From Candidatus Nomurabacteria bacterium (GTDB taxonomy: Bacteria; Patescibacteriota; Minisyncoccia; Phycocordibacterales; CALRBL01), in NCBI GenBank assembly GCA_963834935.1, contig CAWIDS010000001.1, forward strand, positions 367,642 through 431,641: DNA of 64,000 bases, in the 5' to 3' direction. Position 1 is the stretch's first letter. Every line of letters starts with the position of its first letter. A program made the position numbers and the translations under genes. The notes beneath the pieces were generated by a model. The model searched no databases. It was not told where the DNA came from and was given only the letters and a program-made list of their open reading frames with translations. Shown in pieces: positions 28,257 through 37,738 of the stretch.

Positions 28257-28799
28257 ATGAAAAACTCACCAAACATCCAGGAAAAAGCATCAACCCTCTT
28301 CGATACCTTGAAGGGACAATATGGCTATACCAATATCATGCAGTCTCCGAAGCTTGTGAAAGTGGTGATCAGCTCGGCCACCGGATCCGTCAAGGACCCG
28401 AAGAAGAAAATATTGATCGGAGATAGGATTACCAAGATCACCGGCCAGAAGGTGAGCGAGAAATCAGCCAAGAAGTCGATCGCTACTTTCAAGGTGCGCC
28501 AAGGCGATGCTGTCGGCTACCAAGTCACTCTCCGAGGAGCACGGATGTACGATTTCCTCAATAAACTCGTTCATATTGCTCTCCCTCGAACTCGGGACTT
28601 CCGCGGCCTTGAATCGAAGTCGATCGATGAGATGGGTAATGTCACCTTCGGCATCAAGGAGCACACTGTTTTTCCAGAGACGTCTGATGAGGAACTCAAA
28701 GACGTCTTCGGAATGGCGGTAACCATCGTGACTACCTCGAACAATAAAGAGGAAACTCGAAGTATCCTCGAGCACCTTGGCTTTTTGTTCAAAAAGTGA
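28257..28799 (+). CDS. rplE: 50S ribosomal protein L5
   Basis: Operon position and an L5-like sequence (YTNIMQSPKLVKVVI...). Confidence 0.9.
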   Translation: MKNSPNIQEKASTLFDTLKGQYGYTNIMQSPKLVKVVISSATGSVKDPKKKILIGDRITKITGQKVSEKSAKKSIATFKVRQGDAVGYQVTLRGARMYDFLNKLVHIALPRTRDFRGLESKSIDEMGNVTFGIKEHTVFPETSDEELKDVFGMAVTIVTTSNNKEETRSILEHLGFLFKK

Positions 28800-28820
28800 T
28801 AGCATAGCGAAACATTATTT

Positions 28821-29006
28821 ATGGCAAAAACATCCGTCGTCGCACGTTCACTAAAGAAACCAAAGTTCAAAAGCCGAGTAGTAAGGCGATGTTTTAGGTG
28901 CGGCCGAAAGAATGGCTATATGAGGGACTTCGACCTATGCCGAATCTGCTTCCGTGAGCTTGCCAATGAAGGAAAGATTCCAGGCATTAAGAAATCATCT
29001 TGGTAA
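28821..29006 (+). CDS. rpsZ: 30S ribosomal protein S14 type Z (zinc-binding)
   Basis: CFRCGRKNGYMRDFDLCRICFRELA carries the CxxC..CxxC motif. Length 61 aa. Confidence 0.85.
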   Translation: MAKTSVVARSLKKPKFKSRVVRRCFRCGRKNGYMRDFDLCRICFRELANEGKIPGIKKSSW

Positions 29007-29023
29007 AAATTTAAATACAATAT

Positions 29024-29416
29024 ATGCGAGACTCAATTTCAGAACTAATAACCAAGATAAAGAACGCAAGCGATCGCGGCCTTTCGATTGTCACTGTTCC
29101 TCATTCGAAGATTATGCTTGCCATTTCTGACGTTCTCCTCAAGGAAGGCTATATCAAGTCAGTCACCAAGAAGGGAAAGAAAGTGAGCAAGGTCCTTGAG
29201 CTCGGACTCGCTTATGACGAAGCAAAGCAGCCTCGGGTAACCGGAGTAGACCGCGTTTCGAAATTCTCAAAGCGCGTATATGTAGGTTCAAAGGAAATCC
29301 GCCCAGTCAAAAGCGGATACGGAACCCTCATCCTTACCACGCCGAATGGAATCCTTACTGATAAGGAAGCGAAGCAGCAAAAGGTCGGTGGTGAAGTTCT
29401 CTTTAAAATCTGGTAA
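29024..29416 (+). CDS. rpsH: 30S ribosomal protein S8
   Basis: MRDSISELITKIKNA and the operon slot. Confidence 0.9.
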   Translation: MRDSISELITKIKNASDRGLSIVTVPHSKIMLAISDVLLKEGYIKSVTKKGKKVSKVLELGLAYDEAKQPRVTGVDRVSKFSKRVYVGSKEIRPVKSGYGTLILTTPNGILTDKEAKQQKVGGEVLFKIW

Positions 29417-29428
29417 TAATATAAAATC

Positions 29429-29962
29429 ATGTCACGAGTAGGAAAACAAAACATAATAATCCCTGAAAAAACCGAGGTTGTTCTTGCGGACGGCAATCTC
29501 AAGGTAAAGGGACCTAAGGGGGAGCTCAGCCGCCATTTCAAGAGCTCGATCGAGATCAAGGTCGCAGACAAGGCGATCACCCTCTCTCCGAAGCGAAATG
29601 ACATCGCTTCGCGCGCCCTTTGGGGAACCTATGCTTCGCATATCATGAACATGATTGAAGGCGTCAATAAAAGCTTCTCAAAGAAGCTGATCATCGAAGG
29701 AATCGGATTCAAGGCGGATGTCGCCGGAAGCAATCTTAATCTCGCGCTCGGCTTCTCGCACCCTGTTGTCGTCGCCATTCCAAAAACGCTTACCGTTACT
29801 CACGAGAAAGGGGTGCTTACCATTGCAGGAATCGACAAGGATGAGGTGGGTGCTTTCAGCGCCAACATCCGAGCCTTGAAGAAGCCTGAGCCATACAAGG
29901 GCAAGGGAATCCGATATGAGAAGGAAGTGGTCCGCCGAAAACAAGGCAAGAAGTCCGTATAA
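29429..29962 (+). CDS. rplF: 50S ribosomal protein L6
   Basis: MSRVGKQNIIIPEKTEV and a two-domain L6 pattern. Confidence 0.9.
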   Translation: MSRVGKQNIIIPEKTEVVLADGNLKVKGPKGELSRHFKSSIEIKVADKAITLSPKRNDIASRALWGTYASHIMNMIEGVNKSFSKKLIIEGIGFKADVAGSNLNLALGFSHPVVVAIPKTLTVTHEKGVLTIAGIDKDEVGAFSANIRALKKPEPYKGKGIRYEKEVVRRKQGKKSV

Positions 29963-29967
29963 TATTT

Positions 29968-30318
29968 ATGACTAAAATAAACACAAAACAAGAACAGCGA
30001 ACAAGACGAAGAAATCGCATCCGAGCGAAGATTTCGGGTACGGCTTCTTCTCCTCGCCTCGCTGTCTTCAAATCTCTCAAACACATGCAGGCTCAGCTCA
30101 TCGATGACGAAAAGGGTGTCACTATCGTGTCTGCTTCATCTCAGGCCCTTAAAGGAAAGACCAAGACAGAAAGCGCAAAGGCTACTGGAATCGAGCTTGC
30201 CAAGAAAGCGATCGAGAAAAAGATAAAGAAGGTCGTTTTTGACCGAGGAGGCTATATTTACACTGGCCGAGTCAAGGCATTAGCAGAGGGAGCGCGCGAA
30301 GGAGGATTAACATTCTAA
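29968..30318 (+). CDS. rplR: 50S ribosomal protein L18
   Basis: RLAVFKSLKHMQAQLIDDEKG matches the L18 pattern. Confidence 0.85.
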   Translation: MTKINTKQEQRTRRRNRIRAKISGTASSPRLAVFKSLKHMQAQLIDDEKGVTIVSASSQALKGKTKTESAKATGIELAKKAIEKKIKKVVFDRGGYIYTGRVKALAEGAREGGLTF

Positions 30319-30322
30319 ATTT

Positions 30323-30943
30323 ATGGAACCAGAAATAATCACAACTGAACAAGAAAATACTCAAGCTCCAGCCGCCGCAGCTTCAGCCGTTCCTGCAGCA
30401 GCTGAGCCTCGACGCCGCAATGAGCGAAATTCTCGCGACGGAGGAAGGGGTGGCGACCGAAAGCCTCGCCGCGAGCCTCGGGCAAAGCCTGAATTCGACC
30501 AGAAAATCATCGATATCCGCCGAGTGACCCGAGTGACCTCAGGTGGACGACGATTCAGCTTCAGCGTGGCTCTTGTTGCTGGCAACCGAAAGGGCAAGGT
30601 GGGGGTTGGAACTGGAAAAGCCGGAGATACTTCTCTTGCTATCGACAAGGCGCTCAAGAATGCCAAGAAGAACATGATTGACGTCGTCTTGAATGACAAG
30701 ATGTCAATTCCTTACGGAGTCGAAGCGAAGTTCTGCAGCTCCCGAGTGGAAATCATTCCCGCTCTCGGAAAGGGAATTTCAGCCGGCAGCTCTGTCCGAG
30801 ACGTCATTGAGCTTGCGGGAATGAAAGATGTCTCTGCCAAGCTCCGCTCTGGCTCAAAGAATAAGCTCAATAATGCCCGTGTGGCAATCAAGGCTCTTTC
30901 GATGCTTCGAAGAAGCGCCCTCGCAGCAAAGCCTCAATCATAA
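30323..30943 (+). CDS. rpsE: 30S ribosomal protein S5 (Arg/Ala-rich N-terminal extension)
   Basis: RVTRVTSGGRRFSFSVALVAGNRKGKVGVGTGKA is the S5 dsRBD-like core. Confidence 0.9.
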   Translation: MEPEIITTEQENTQAPAAAASAVPAAAEPRRRNERNSRDGGRGGDRKPRREPRAKPEFDQKIIDIRRVTRVTSGGRRFSFSVALVAGNRKGKVGVGTGKAGDTSLAIDKALKNAKKNMIDVVLNDKMSIPYGVEAKFCSSRVEIIPALGKGISAGSSVRDVIELAGMKDVSAKLRSGSKNKLNNARVAIKALSMLRRSALAAKPQS

Positions 30944-30953
30944 CAATACTGCC

Positions 30954-31394
30954 ATGCAAATAAACCAAATCACGCGAGTACATAAGAATAAAAAATCGAT
31001 CAAAGTAGGTCGAGGAGGAAAGCGCGGAAAGACCGCTGGACGAGGAACCAAAGGGCAGCTTGCCCGATCAGGACGAAAATTGCGCCCTGAGCTCCGAGAC
31101 ATCATCAAGAAGCTTCCTAAGCTTCGTGGACGAGGAAAGAATTCTTTCCTTTCTATCCAGGTAAAACCTGTTATCGTCTCCCTTTCTCAAATTGAGACTC
31201 ATTTCTCGAATGGGGACAAAGTCACTCCTCAGGCATTAATGAAGAAAGGCGTCGTCAAGCACTACAAAGGCCGAAACCAGAACATCAAGATCCTCGGAGG
31301 AACTGAACTTTCAAAGAAAGTCATCGTTTCAGGATGCCTTGTGTCGGCTAGCGTCAAGGATGCCATCGTCAAAGCAGGCGGCAGCGTCAAATAA
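30954..31394 (+). CDS. rplO: 50S ribosomal protein L15
   Basis: ATG at 30954 gives MQINQITRVHKNKKSIKVGRGGKRGKTAGRGTKGQ, the L15 G/K/R-rich N-terminus. It sits 10 nt after rpsE, so there is no rpmD (L30). Confidence 0.85.
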   Translation: MQINQITRVHKNKKSIKVGRGGKRGKTAGRGTKGQLARSGRKLRPELRDIIKKLPKLRGRGKNSFLSIQVKPVIVSLSQIETHFSNGDKVTPQALMKKGVVKHYKGRNQNIKILGGTELSKKVIVSGCLVSASVKDAIVKAGGSVK

Positions 31395-31398
31395 ATCC

Positions 31399-32685
31399 AT
31401 GAATACTTTTTTCGAAAAAATAAACCTCGTCTTCCGTGACCCGGTTTTGAGACGAAGAATACTCTTTACTCTGGGAGCGCTTGTCATCTTCCAGTTCCTG
31501 GCCTCGATTCCTATTCCAGGAGTCGACAAGAACAAGCTGGCCACATTCTTTGCAAACAATCAGTTCCTCGGACTTTTGAATATTTTCTCGGGAGGAGGCC
31601 TTTCGAATCTCTCCATCGTCATGCTCGGAGTCTCTCCTTTCATCACAGGCTCTATCATCATGCAGCTTCTCACTATGATGTCAGAGAAGCTCAAGGACCT
31701 TTACCAGAATGAAGGCGAGGCCGGCAGGAAAAAATTTGCCCAATATGGACGAATTCTTACCGTTCCTCTTGCTCTCATTCAGTCATTCGGCTTCATCATC
31801 CTTCTTGAGAAGCAGGGTATCGTGCCGGCTCTTACTCTTGCTGGACTTTTCACTAACGTCATGATCATCGTTGCTGGTTCCGTCATTCTTCTTTGGATCG
31901 GAGAGCTTATTACTGAATTCGGAATTGGAAACGGCGTATCGCTTATCATTTTTGCCGGTATCGTCGGACGCATTCCAAAGGCAGTCAGCCAGACTGTCTT
32001 TACTTACAGCTCATCTGACATTCCTTTTTATGCCCTTTTCGTAATAGTCGCCCTTGTAATCGTCTACGCAGTGGTTTATGTCACTGAAGCAGAGCGTCCA
32101 GTGGCTGTCACTTATGCCAAGCGCGTTCGCGGCAACAAGGTGTACGGCGGCGTGTCGACCTATCTTCCACTTCGCCTTACCCAGGCTGGCGTTATTCCTA
32201 TCATTTTCGCCCTTTCGCTCCTTCTTTTCCCTCAGCTCATCTTCAACTTCCTCGCCAAGATCTCATTTGCCGGCGCATTCGGGGCTTTTGTCAATAATGC
32301 TTCGACATGGGTCCTCAATGTCTTGAATAACCAGCTCATCTACGCAGTTATCTACTTCCTGCTGGTGGTCTTCTTCACTTATTTCTACACTGCTGTCACT
32401 TTCGACCCGGATTCAATCTCCAAGAATCTCCAGCAGAATGGTGCATTCATCCCTGGAGTCCGCCCAGGCGACGCCACCTCGATGCACCTTACGAAGATCA
32501 TTACCCGCATCACCCTTGTCGGAGCCGTCTTTCTCGGCGTCATCGCCATTCTTCCTCTCATCCTTAAGGCTTACTCAGGAAATTCATCGCTCGCTATCGG
32601 AGGAACGGCCCTTCTCATCGTAGTTTCAGTAGTTCTCGATCTCGTAAAGAAAATCGATGCCCAAATCTCAATGCGTGAGTATTAA
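31399..32685 (+). CDS. secY: Preprotein translocase subunit SecY
   Basis: ATG at 31399 gives MNTFFEKINLVF..RRRILFTLGALVIFQ. There are 10 TM helices and SecY plug/hinge regions. Confidence 0.9.
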   Translation: MNTFFEKINLVFRDPVLRRRILFTLGALVIFQFLASIPIPGVDKNKLATFFANNQFLGLLNIFSGGGLSNLSIVMLGVSPFITGSIIMQLLTMMSEKLKDLYQNEGEAGRKKFAQYGRILTVPLALIQSFGFIILLEKQGIVPALTLAGLFTNVMIIVAGSVILLWIGELITEFGIGNGVSLIIFAGIVGRIPKAVSQTVFTYSSSDIPFYALFVIVALVIVYAVVYVTEAERPVAVTYAKRVRGNKVYGGVSTYLPLRLTQAGVIPIIFALSLLLFPQLIFNFLAKISFAGAFGAFVNNASTWVLNVLNNQLIYAVIYFLLVVFFTYFYTAVTFDPDSISKNLQQNGAFIPGVRPGDATSMHLTKIITRITLVGAVFLGVIAILPLILKAYSGNSSLAIGGTALLIVVSVVLDLVKKIDAQISMREY

Positions 32686-32739
32686 ACCTTAAGGATTAGG
32701 CTGCGAGCCACCAGAATCCTTTTGTGTTAGACTTACTTT

Positions 32740-33345
32740 ATGGATATCAAAACAATAGTTTTAATGGGGCGGTCGGGTTGTGGAAAGGGAACGCAGTCGA
32801 AACTGATGGAAGAATATATCGGAAAGACTGACGCGGAAGTGCGGTCGCTCTTCTATCTTGAAACCGGTCCGGAATTCAGGCACTTTATCCGCAATGAAGG
32901 GTATTCCAACAGCCTTGCCCTCAAGGTCGCTCAGAATGCCGAGCGCCAGCCGGACTTCCTCGCTATCTGGGTCTGGGCGAACGTGCTTGTCGATCATCTT
33001 AAGGAGAACATGCATCTGCTTGTCGACGGCACCCCGCGCTCATTGCCGGAAGCACAAGCCCTTCACACCGCCATGCTTTTTTACGGCAGGCCGAAGCCAC
33101 TGATCGTTTATCTCAATGTCAGCCGCGCATGGTCTGAAAAGCATTTGAAAGCGCGCGGCAGGGAAGACGACCGCAAGGACGAAGATATCAAGCGCCGCCT
33201 GGACTGGTTCGAGTCCGATGTTCTTCCTGCTATTGATTATTTCCGCAATAATCCCTATTATCATTTCGTCGAGATAAATGGCGAGCAGGCCGTAGACGGC
33301 GTCCATCGCGACATACTTACTCTCTGTGGTTTTACCCAAGACTGA
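32740..33345 (+). CDS. adk: Adenylate kinase
   Basis: IVLMGRSGCGKGTQS is the P-loop. Length 201 aa. Confidence 0.9.
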   Translation: MDIKTIVLMGRSGCGKGTQSKLMEEYIGKTDAEVRSLFYLETGPEFRHFIRNEGYSNSLALKVAQNAERQPDFLAIWVWANVLVDHLKENMHLLVDGTPRSLPEAQALHTAMLFYGRPKPLIVYLNVSRAWSEKHLKARGREDDRKDEDIKRRLDWFESDVLPAIDYFRNNPYYHFVEINGEQAVDGVHRDILTLCGFTQD

Positions 33346-34096
33346 AAAAGAAATAGAGCTCATGAGACAAGGAGGCAAGATCCTTGCCTCTATTTTGCGC
33401 GAGATAAAAGGAAAAGTTGAAATCGGAGTTACGACGGATTTTCTGAATGATGAAGCAAACAGGCTGTGCGGGAAGCACAAAGTCATACCCAGCTTCTTGA
33501 ACTACACTCCATACGGGGCAGAGCGGCCATACCCCTCGAGCATCTGCATTTCAGTCAATGACGAAGTCGTCCATGGCATGCCGAATGAGAATCCGAAGAT
33601 CCTCAAGGAAGGGGATATCATTACTCTCGATATGGGCATTACCTACAAAGGATTAGTGGTTGATAGCGCAATCACTGTCGGTGTCGGAAAGATAGACGCC
33701 GAGGCAGAGAAGCTTCTCAAAGGCACGGAAGAATCCCTGGCAGCTGGAATCGCGGCAGCCAAGATCGGCAAGAAGACGGGAGATATCGGCGCCGCAATCG
33801 AAAAGGTGATTAATAAATACGGCTTCGGAATTCCCGAAGAGCTTGGCGGCCACGGCGTTGGTCATTCAGTGCACGAGGATCCTTTCGTTCCCAATTTCGG
33901 CAAGCCTCGCCAAGGAGCGGCAATCAAGAACGGCATGACCTTCGCCATCGAGCCGATCATCAACGAAGGCACGAAAAGGATCGTCCTTGCCCCCGACGGC
34001 TACACCTACCGGACCGCTGACGGAAAGCGGAGCGCCCATTTTGAGCATACGGTCGCGATCGTTGATGGAGTTGCTGAAATCTTGACTCAGGAATAA
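33326..34096 (+). CDS. map: Methionine aminopeptidase type I
   Basis: EIELMRQGGKILA, metal ligands D..D, H, E and E in the pita-bread fold (ITLDMGI, HGVGHSVHE, AIEP). It overlaps adk by 20 nt. Confidence 0.85.
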   Translation: MVLPKTEKEIELMRQGGKILASILREIKGKVEIGVTTDFLNDEANRLCGKHKVIPSFLNYTPYGAERPYPSSICISVNDEVVHGMPNENPKILKEGDIITLDMGITYKGLVVDSAITVGVGKIDAEAEKLLKGTEESLAAGIAAAKIGKKTGDIGAAIEKVINKYGFGIPEELGGHGVGHSVHEDPFVPNFGKPRQGAAIKNGMTFAIEPIINEGTKRIVLAPDGYTYRTADGKRSAHFEHTVAIVDGVAEILTQE

Positions 34097-34119
34097 TTTT
34101 TTTAGGGTATAATGTTCTC

Positions 34120-36906
34120 ATGGAACTTTTTTCTTCGCCCCAAGAAGAGATCGAACATTTGAAGCAAGAGATCCTTCACAAGGAAGAGCTTTTGAAGCAG
34201 GCAGGCGAAAAGCCTGATCGTGATGCCGCGGTCTTCAATCAGATAGAGGAGTACAAGAAGCTTCCGCAGGCCGAAATCCTCGCCAAGGGCCATCGCATGA
34301 TCGAGCCGCATATCAAGAAGGCAGCACTCGACCTTTTTCCCGAAGAGCATGACGCTCAGATGGGCGAATTAATGGCGTTGCTCGAGGGGAAAGGGGTGCT
34401 CAATACGCTCGCGGTCGTCGAGGCCATGAAGAATCCGCATATAGAAGACGATTTTCACCGTTATCTCGTCGAGTACATCAAGAGCAATCTTCCGGCTTTG
34501 AACCTCAAGGAAAAGACTCCGCTTTATCGGTCTCTCAACCACACCCTTTTTGAAGTCTCTCTTCCCGAAGCCAAGAAAGACGAAAAAGAAAAGAATCTCA
34601 AGGAGCTCATTTCAAGCATGGAACAGTTCTACGCGGGAATGCTTTCAGTGGCTGACAGCAGCGACAAGGAAAATTATTTTTCGATTGAGCTGGCCCTCTC
34701 CCATGATAGCGACGAGTTCATCTTTTACGTCTCTGTTCCCGACAAGAAAAAAAGCCTCTTTGAGAAGAATATCCTCTCGGTCTTTCCGCATGCGAAGCTG
34801 GTCATAAAGAAGGACGATTATAACATCTTCAATCCGGATGGAGCGGTGGTTGCGTCGGTCGCCACGCAGGCCAAGAATGCCATTTACCCCATCAAGACCT
34901 ACGAGAATTTCGATTATGATCCGCTCAATGTCATCATAAATGCCTTTTCCAAGCTGAAGAAAGGAGGCGAAGGCGCATCACTGCAGCTTATCCTCAATCC
35001 TGCCGGTGATTACTACGTCAAGCGCTACAAGGATGCCCTCGGTCAGATTCTGAAGGGAGTGCCAGTGAAGAAAGCTATCGATATACGTCACACATTCATG
35101 GGGGAAATCGGAAAAGGCTTCAAGGAAATGGCTTTGGATATGGTCAACGATGCCGTCTCTTCAAGCAAGAAGGAGAACGACAAGCCGAAGCCACTCGATG
35201 AGACTGCAGTCGAAAACATAAAGAATAAGATCAGCACGCCGATCATGAATGCCAATATGAGGATAGTGGTATCAGCCGAGAATGCCGAGCGGGCATCGGA
35301 AGTGATATCAGAAATCGAGTCGTCCTTCAATCAGTTCGAGAATACGCTTGGCAATACGTTCAAGTGGCAGCGTATTCCGGAAAAAAAATTACCTCAATTC
35401 GTTCGCGATTTCACTTTTAGGATGTTCGAGCATGGCGAGCAGCTTCCTTTGAGTATTGCCGAAATCACCACCTTCATGCATTTTCCCGGAGCAGGCATCC
35501 TAGGCGGAGGCCAGCTCAAACAGGCTAAGGCCGGTACTGCTCCCGCACCACTTGATATTCCTCAGACTGGGGTCTACCTCGGAATAAACAGCCACCGCAA
35601 CCATGATGTTTCTGTTTACATGTCTCCCGAAGACCGCTTGCGTCATTTTTATGTTATAGGCCAGACCGGAACGGGAAAGACGACTCTTCTTAAGAATATG
35701 ATCGTCCAGGATATTGAGAACGGGGAAGGAGTCTGCTTCATTGATCCTCATGGATCGGACGTGCAAGATATCCTTGCTCGCGTGCCGAAGGAGCGTTACG
35801 GGGACGTTATCTATTTCGACCCGAGCTACCATGACCGTCCGATGGGCATGAATATGCTCGAATACGATCCTGCCTATCCTGAGCAAAAGACCTTCGTGGT
35901 CAATGAGCTCTTTTCTATTTTTGACAAGCTTTTCGATATGAAGACTACCGGAGGACCGATGTTCGAGCAATATTTCAGGAATGCCACCATGCTCGTGCTC
36001 GAGGATCCTGAAAGCGGCAACACACTAGTAGATGTTTCTCGCGTGCTTTCGAACAAAGCCTTTCGCGACCTGAAGATTTCCCGCTGCAAGAACCCGATTG
36101 TCACCCAGTTCTGGACGGAGATAGCCGCCAAAGCCGGCGGGGAATCGTCGCTTGCCAATATCGTGCCGTACATTACCAGCAAATTTGATGTGTTCCTGTC
36201 GAACGACATCATGCGCCCGCTCATTGCCCAGGAAAAATCCTCTTTCAATTTCCGGGAAGTGATGGATAAGAAGAAGATCCTACTTGTAAACCTCTCGAAG
36301 GGCAGGCTTGGCGACATCAATGCCAATCTTATCGGCCTCATTCTGGTCGGAAAGATCCTGATGGCAGCCCTTTCGCGCGTTGATTCGCTTGCCACAGGTT
36401 TTGCGCCTTTCTACTTGTACATCGACGAGTTTCAGAACATCACCACTAATTCCATCTCGACTATCCTTTCCGAGGCCCGCAAGTACAAGCTGTCGCTCCA
36501 TATCGCCCACCAGTTCATTGCCCAGCTCAAGGACGATATCCGCGATGCAGTCTTTGGCAACGTCGGCTCAATCGTCTCATATCGCGTGGGAGCAGAAGAT
36601 GCCGAGTATCTGGAGAAGCAATTCACGCCGGTATTCGCAGCCAATGACATCATGAATCTAGATAATCTTAATGCCTATGCCAAGCTTCTAATAAATGGCC
36701 GGCCGGCGCGTCCGTTCAATATCGCAGTGCCTTTCCCAAACAAGGTAGATACTTCACACCTCGAATCGCTTAAGCAGCTTTCATACCTTAAATACGGCAC
36801 CGACCGGGCAACAATCGAGGAAATCATCCTGCAAAAATACAAAAAAGAAGAACCCGTGCCCAAACCCGCTCCCGCAGCCAACCCATTCGATAGTTTGAAG
36901 GTCTGA
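34120..36906 (+). CDS. Large soluble P-loop ATPase, VirB4/VirD4 (TrwB/TraG)-like HerA–FtsK-superfamily domain with a 500-aa N-terminal domain of unknown function
   Basis: Walker A is YVIGQTGTGKTT at about aa 515 and Walker B is FYLYIDEFQNI at about aa 770, followed by ARKYKLSLHIAHQ. This is the Arg-Lys plus conserved Gln pattern of T4SS-type ATPases. There are no predicted TM helices and the N-terminus is coiled-coil. Confidence 0.6.
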   Translation: MELFSSPQEEIEHLKQEILHKEELLKQAGEKPDRDAAVFNQIEEYKKLPQAEILAKGHRMIEPHIKKAALDLFPEEHDAQMGELMALLEGKGVLNTLAVVEAMKNPHIEDDFHRYLVEYIKSNLPALNLKEKTPLYRSLNHTLFEVSLPEAKKDEKEKNLKELISSMEQFYAGMLSVADSSDKENYFSIELALSHDSDEFIFYVSVPDKKKSLFEKNILSVFPHAKLVIKKDDYNIFNPDGAVVASVATQAKNAIYPIKTYENFDYDPLNVIINAFSKLKKGGEGASLQLILNPAGDYYVKRYKDALGQILKGVPVKKAIDIRHTFMGEIGKGFKEMALDMVNDAVSSSKKENDKPKPLDETAVENIKNKISTPIMNANMRIVVSAENAERASEVISEIESSFNQFENTLGNTFKWQRIPEKKLPQFVRDFTFRMFEHGEQLPLSIAEITTFMHFPGAGILGGGQLKQAKAGTAPAPLDIPQTGVYLGINSHRNHDVSVYMSPEDRLRHFYVIGQTGTGKTTLLKNMIVQDIENGEGVCFIDPHGSDVQDILARVPKERYGDVIYFDPSYHDRPMGMNMLEYDPAYPEQKTFVVNELFSIFDKLFDMKTTGGPMFEQYFRNATMLVLEDPESGNTLVDVSRVLSNKAFRDLKISRCKNPIVTQFWTEIAAKAGGESSLANIVPYITSKFDVFLSNDIMRPLIAQEKSSFNFREVMDKKKILLVNLSKGRLGDINANLIGLILVGKILMAALSRVDSLATGFAPFYLYIDEFQNITTNSISTILSEARKYKLSLHIAHQFIAQLKDDIRDAVFGNVGSIVSYRVGAEDAEYLEKQFTPVFAANDIMNLDNLNAYAKLLINGRPARPFNIAVPFPNKVDTSHLESLKQLSYLKYGTDRATIEEIILQKYKKEEPVPKPAPAANPFDSLKV

Positions 36907-36926
36907 AAATGTGCTAGAATCGACTG

Positions 36927-37514
36927 ATGACACATCCAAAATACGAAAGGACATTAGTGGTGCTGAAGCCTGACGCCTTGCAGCGAGGTTTGATAGGGGA
37001 AATCATTGGCCGCTTCGAAAGGGTAGGAATGAAGCTTGTCGGTATCAAGATGTTCACCCCCACTCAGGAATTTGTCGAGAAGCACTATACTTTGGACTCT
37101 GCCTGGAAAAAAAGCGTCGGTGAGAAGAATATAAAAGGTTATTTAGACAAAGGGCTCACTCCGCCAACGGCCGATCCTCTTGAAGCAGGACAGGAAATAC
37201 TCACTCGGCTTACGAATTATCTCGCCAGCGGGCCGATTGTGGCCATGGTCTGGCAGGGAGCGCACGCCGTCGGCCTGACACGCAAGCTCGTCGGTAGTAC
37301 CGAGCCTCTTTCATCAGATGTCGGAACCATCCGTGGCGACTTCGTTCATGATTCATATGTCCTTTCGGCTGATGATAAGCGTGCTGTGCGCAATCTCATC
37401 CACGCATCCGGCTCGATACCAGAAGCGGATATGGAAATTCCTCATTGGTTCTTGGAAAATGAGCTTGTGGACTACGTCTTAGTGCAGGAAAAAGTTCTGT
37501 ACGATGCAAATTAA
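36927..37514 (+). CDS. ndk: Nucleoside diphosphate kinase (long form with internal insertion)
   Basis: ERTLVVLKPDALQRGLIGEIIGRFE and NLIHAS(G)S match the active-site His region. Confidence 0.85.
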   Translation: MTHPKYERTLVVLKPDALQRGLIGEIIGRFERVGMKLVGIKMFTPTQEFVEKHYTLDSAWKKSVGEKNIKGYLDKGLTPPTADPLEAGQEILTRLTNYLASGPIVAMVWQGAHAVGLTRKLVGSTEPLSSDVGTIRGDFVHDSYVLSADDKRAVRNLIHASGSIPEADMEIPHWFLENELVDYVLVQEKVLYDAN

Positions 37515-37685
37515 AATTTGTAAACTTGTTTTTACATTGGAAAGTATATAATGAGTTCAGGATTACTTGAGGTATTAACTTAGATTAAGTTTAGTTAAGG
37601 GAGCTCGCCGTACGGAAACGCCTTGGCGTCATGTCAGAGCACCCACCTAGTAATCAACTAGGGCTAATACCCCTAGGTAATCCTA

Positions 37686-37718
37686 AAAAGCACCGCATTG
37701 CTGCGGCGTTTTTTTGTT
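37686..37718 (+). terminator. Intrinsic terminator upstream of the 37739 gene (end of candidate sRNA / leader)
   Basis: GC-rich hairpin GCACCGCATTGCTGCGGCG followed by TTTTTTTGTTTT. Confidence 0.55.
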
Positions 37719-37738
37719 TTCAGCTTTTATTTTAATAG

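Noticed and set aside
35500-36395. Minus-strand ORFs inside the large ATPase gene
   Set aside because: Antisense to a long ORF carrying Walker A/B motifs. No features of their own.
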